Shown here: positions 61,501 to 64,000 of the stretch, one piece after another
How the letters are laid out: every line of letters begins with the position of its first letter
How positions within the stretch are numbered: position 1 is the stretch's first letter
Origin: Utricularia gibba
Lineage: Eukaryota; Plantae; Magnoliophyta
DNA length: 64,000 nt
Direction: 5' to 3'
NCBI GenBank assembly: GCA_002189035.1
Contig: NEEC01000013.1
Coordinates: forward strand, 2,852,001 to 2,916,000
Notes under the pieces: model-generated
Databases searched by the model: none
Seen by the model: the letters and a program-made list of their open reading frames with translations, nothing else
Told to the model about the DNA's origin: nothing
Made by a program: the position numbers and the translations under genes

Positions 61501-64000
61501 CTCCATGATGGCTAATAAATAATAGAAACAAACCTGCTGTCTCAAGACCATAATCTCCTCTTGGCTGGCACCAGCAAGCATCCCCCTTTTGAGTTGATTA
61601 AGTTCTGCTTTAAGGCATGATATTTCCTTTTGATACTTCTTGATCAATGATTTCTCGTCAATTATCTGAAGTGAAAATATATCAGTACAGCTTCTTTGAC
61701 AGCAATGAACATTTTTATTACAAATAAAAGCTAATATAAAGAGTCTCACTCTATTGCGTGATGCATAAATTTCCACGCATTTCGCTCTGTTGGCAAACTT
61801 CAAGGTATTATGGGTCTCCTCCATGTTGCTTGATGCTGGGGTAATCGTGCATATAAGCTGACAGGATAAGAAAGTTGTTTTACCAAGTTAGTCACACACT
61901 CATAAAAAAATAAAGATAAAAAAAAAACAGCTATGGAACATCTGGAACTGAAGGAAAGACAAATAATGGTCCTCAGTGCTCACTGAAACATGACCATGCC
62001 CACTTAGAGAAGATTGCAAAAGCCTTGTAAGTTTAGAATCTCGATAGGGAATGTGGGATGCTTTCCCTTCACTAAGCTTCCCAATAACCTGAAAATCAAC
62101 CGATTTCAGAATTTAACACGAGAGTGGAAATGATACAAGATAAAGGAAGAACACAGTGTAGTCACATAAGTTTGCAGAGTGTGGAACTGGTTTGGATGAA
62201 AACCATTTCAATTCAAAGGGCAATTCAAAATACTAACAGTGCCTAGCGTCAGCAAACTTTTATTGATGTATGATCCTTCCTTTCTTCTCAAGCCAATTGT
62301 TTCAGTTTTTGAACTTTCAGATCCTGCTAGATCAATCAGGTTCTGCATATAGAGGAGCTGCTGAATAATTTCTGCTAGCAATTACTGATATAAATCATTC
62401 CAGATGACGAAAAAATATGTATAATTACCAGCTGTGAGAACGTCACTCCATCGTAATCATCTCCATGTGCACTACTCTCAATCATCTAAAGCAATTCAAT
62501 TTTAAATATTAAAAGGACCGGACAAGTAACAAGTATCACAAACACATTGATTAAAGAAAGTTGAAAACGGGAGGTGGTTGTGAGATAGCATATTTAGAAA
62601 AAGGATGAGAATGTGCTAAGATAACCAACTAATTTGCAGGTACCAAAAGCTTGATGAATTTACCGCAAAGAATAGATCATTTAGAATGATTACTCCTTGT
62701 GTAAAGGGAATGTCAAAGTTCATGGAATATCGCCTCTCAAGTGCACAGTATAAACATACCATTTTTAATGCTAATGCATCATTGTCATAGGATATGTTAA
62801 CAACCTGGTCAGTAACATTTTCAAATATGCTACACGTACCAAGGTGAATATAGTATGACTACGGCTGCTGAATAGGTTGAAATTATTTGATCCAACATGC
62901 CGATGCTCTGTGAAGGCCAATGATTGTTGCACAATTATTGTGGAAGCCATGAAACTTGTTAGAGAAAATGCATCCTATAGAGCAACTTCCGTTGACTACT
63001 TTTATTAAGAGACCAGCACGTGTGCATTAGTATGAACCAAAACAAGCACCAAGAATAATGGAATCTACCTTCTCCGGCAGCAATGAATGAAAGAGCATGT
63101 CCTGGTGACAAAACGACTTCCTCCTTAATGCCCTCAACGTAAGTTCCCTGTTGACACATGGGATATCAAAATCTGAAGGGCCCAATTGACGAGACATTGT
63201 AAGTAGGAAATAACCTGTGCATCCTCTCTCACACGAAGATTCTGGCCAGTGGGGTCCAGCAAATCATTAATCACCTGGGGGGAAAGACGATAAATGTACA
63301 TGAAAACAGAAAACACTGCAAAACCATATATTGAAACGAGTACTGAATTCAGTATAATGGGATGCCAAGATACGAGGTACTTGAGACTAAACAATTAAAG
63401 CTCAAAATTAACCAACCTCGTTGTAAATTTCAAGATATGAAACCCGGAGTAGAAATTCACGGCCAGGGGTCTGAAAAAAATAACCACCATCAGTACTGAT
63501 GCAATGATCTGATTTCTATAAAACAACCCAGCATAAAAGGATAAATGAAATGCCTTCATCGCCAAACGGATAAAAGTTAACATACATCTTGAATGATGCT
63601 AAAAACATCTTTTATGGCAAGGGGAATGACTCCTGGAGAACTTTGGTCACCCTAATAAATATAAACATGAGTAAAAAACCGTGACAAAAGACATCAAATT
63701 AGTGATATGGTCTTGCAGCATATGAACAATCAATGTACGCTTACATGCATTGTGTGTGTCTTTCCGCTACTAGTAACACCATAAGCAAAAACAGTTCCTG
63801 CAAGTCAGCCTTCCAAGAATTAATACCGGTCGATTAATAGATCTCTCATTGAAAATTTAATCAATAGAATAAGATTCCTTATCGCATGACATGAACGGAT
63901 AAAGAAAACCAGTTACTCGTACCATTTACACCTTCCATGGCAGCCTTGACAACAGGCCGGGCAGCTACTTCATACACTTCATCAGTGCTTGTACTTGGTC
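58534..64000 (-). CDS. KIN7D: Kinesin-7 (CENP-E-like) with C-terminal RING finger; 5' part lies beyond the window
   Basis: Motor exons ([46 protein letters not shown]), coiled coils, terminal [26 protein letters not shown]. Confidence 0.92.

Noticed and set aside
1-64000. CRISPR arrays, prokaryotic operons or defence systems, intact transposons
   Set aside because: No repeat-spacer arrays, terminal repeats or transposase/RT ORFs seen; the DNA is spliceosomal plant nuclear sequence.

Overview
Gene-dense nuclear DNA from a flowering plant (eudicot) with a compact genome: introns are mostly 65-160 bp and I recognise no transposons, CRISPR arrays or rRNA genes. The window holds about 22 spliced or intronless protein-coding genes, one tRNA-Arg(CCT) and two clear pseudogene relics (a SERK/BAK1 kinase and an ADA1/Tad1 adaptor). 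Left to right: secreted Pro/Gly-rich protein, SAC51-family bHLH with its conserved uORFs, RIBA1, GT61 glycosyltransferase, UGT85, LDL1, KUP7, TCP11-family protein, VSR, ClpR1, SWIB protein, UNC-50, CBSX, CGI121, tRNA-Arg, small membrane protein, BURP protein, GRP7-like protein, LAC11-like laccase, SYP112-like syntaxin, an uncharacterised protein, an IQD protein and a kinesin-7 that runs off the right end. Most notable: (1) a tight head-to-tail trio of membrane-protein gene, tRNA-Arg(CCU) and the KEOPS subunit CGI121, whose start is broken by a 20-nt local duplication; (2) five genes between 41 and 56 kb with single-base deletions in G/C runs, most likely assembly errors; (3) a 3.5-kb ORF-free region (44.9-48.2 kb) with signs of spliced non-coding transcription, repeats, a hairpin, an orphan site II cluster and a duplicated short-ORF exon; (4) a miR397 site in the laccase eroded only at synonymous positions. 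Gene names come from recalled family motifs, not database searches, and spliced-gene coordinates are start-to-stop spans read by eye. I found no clearly new biological system; the trio and the non-coding region are the best candidates.
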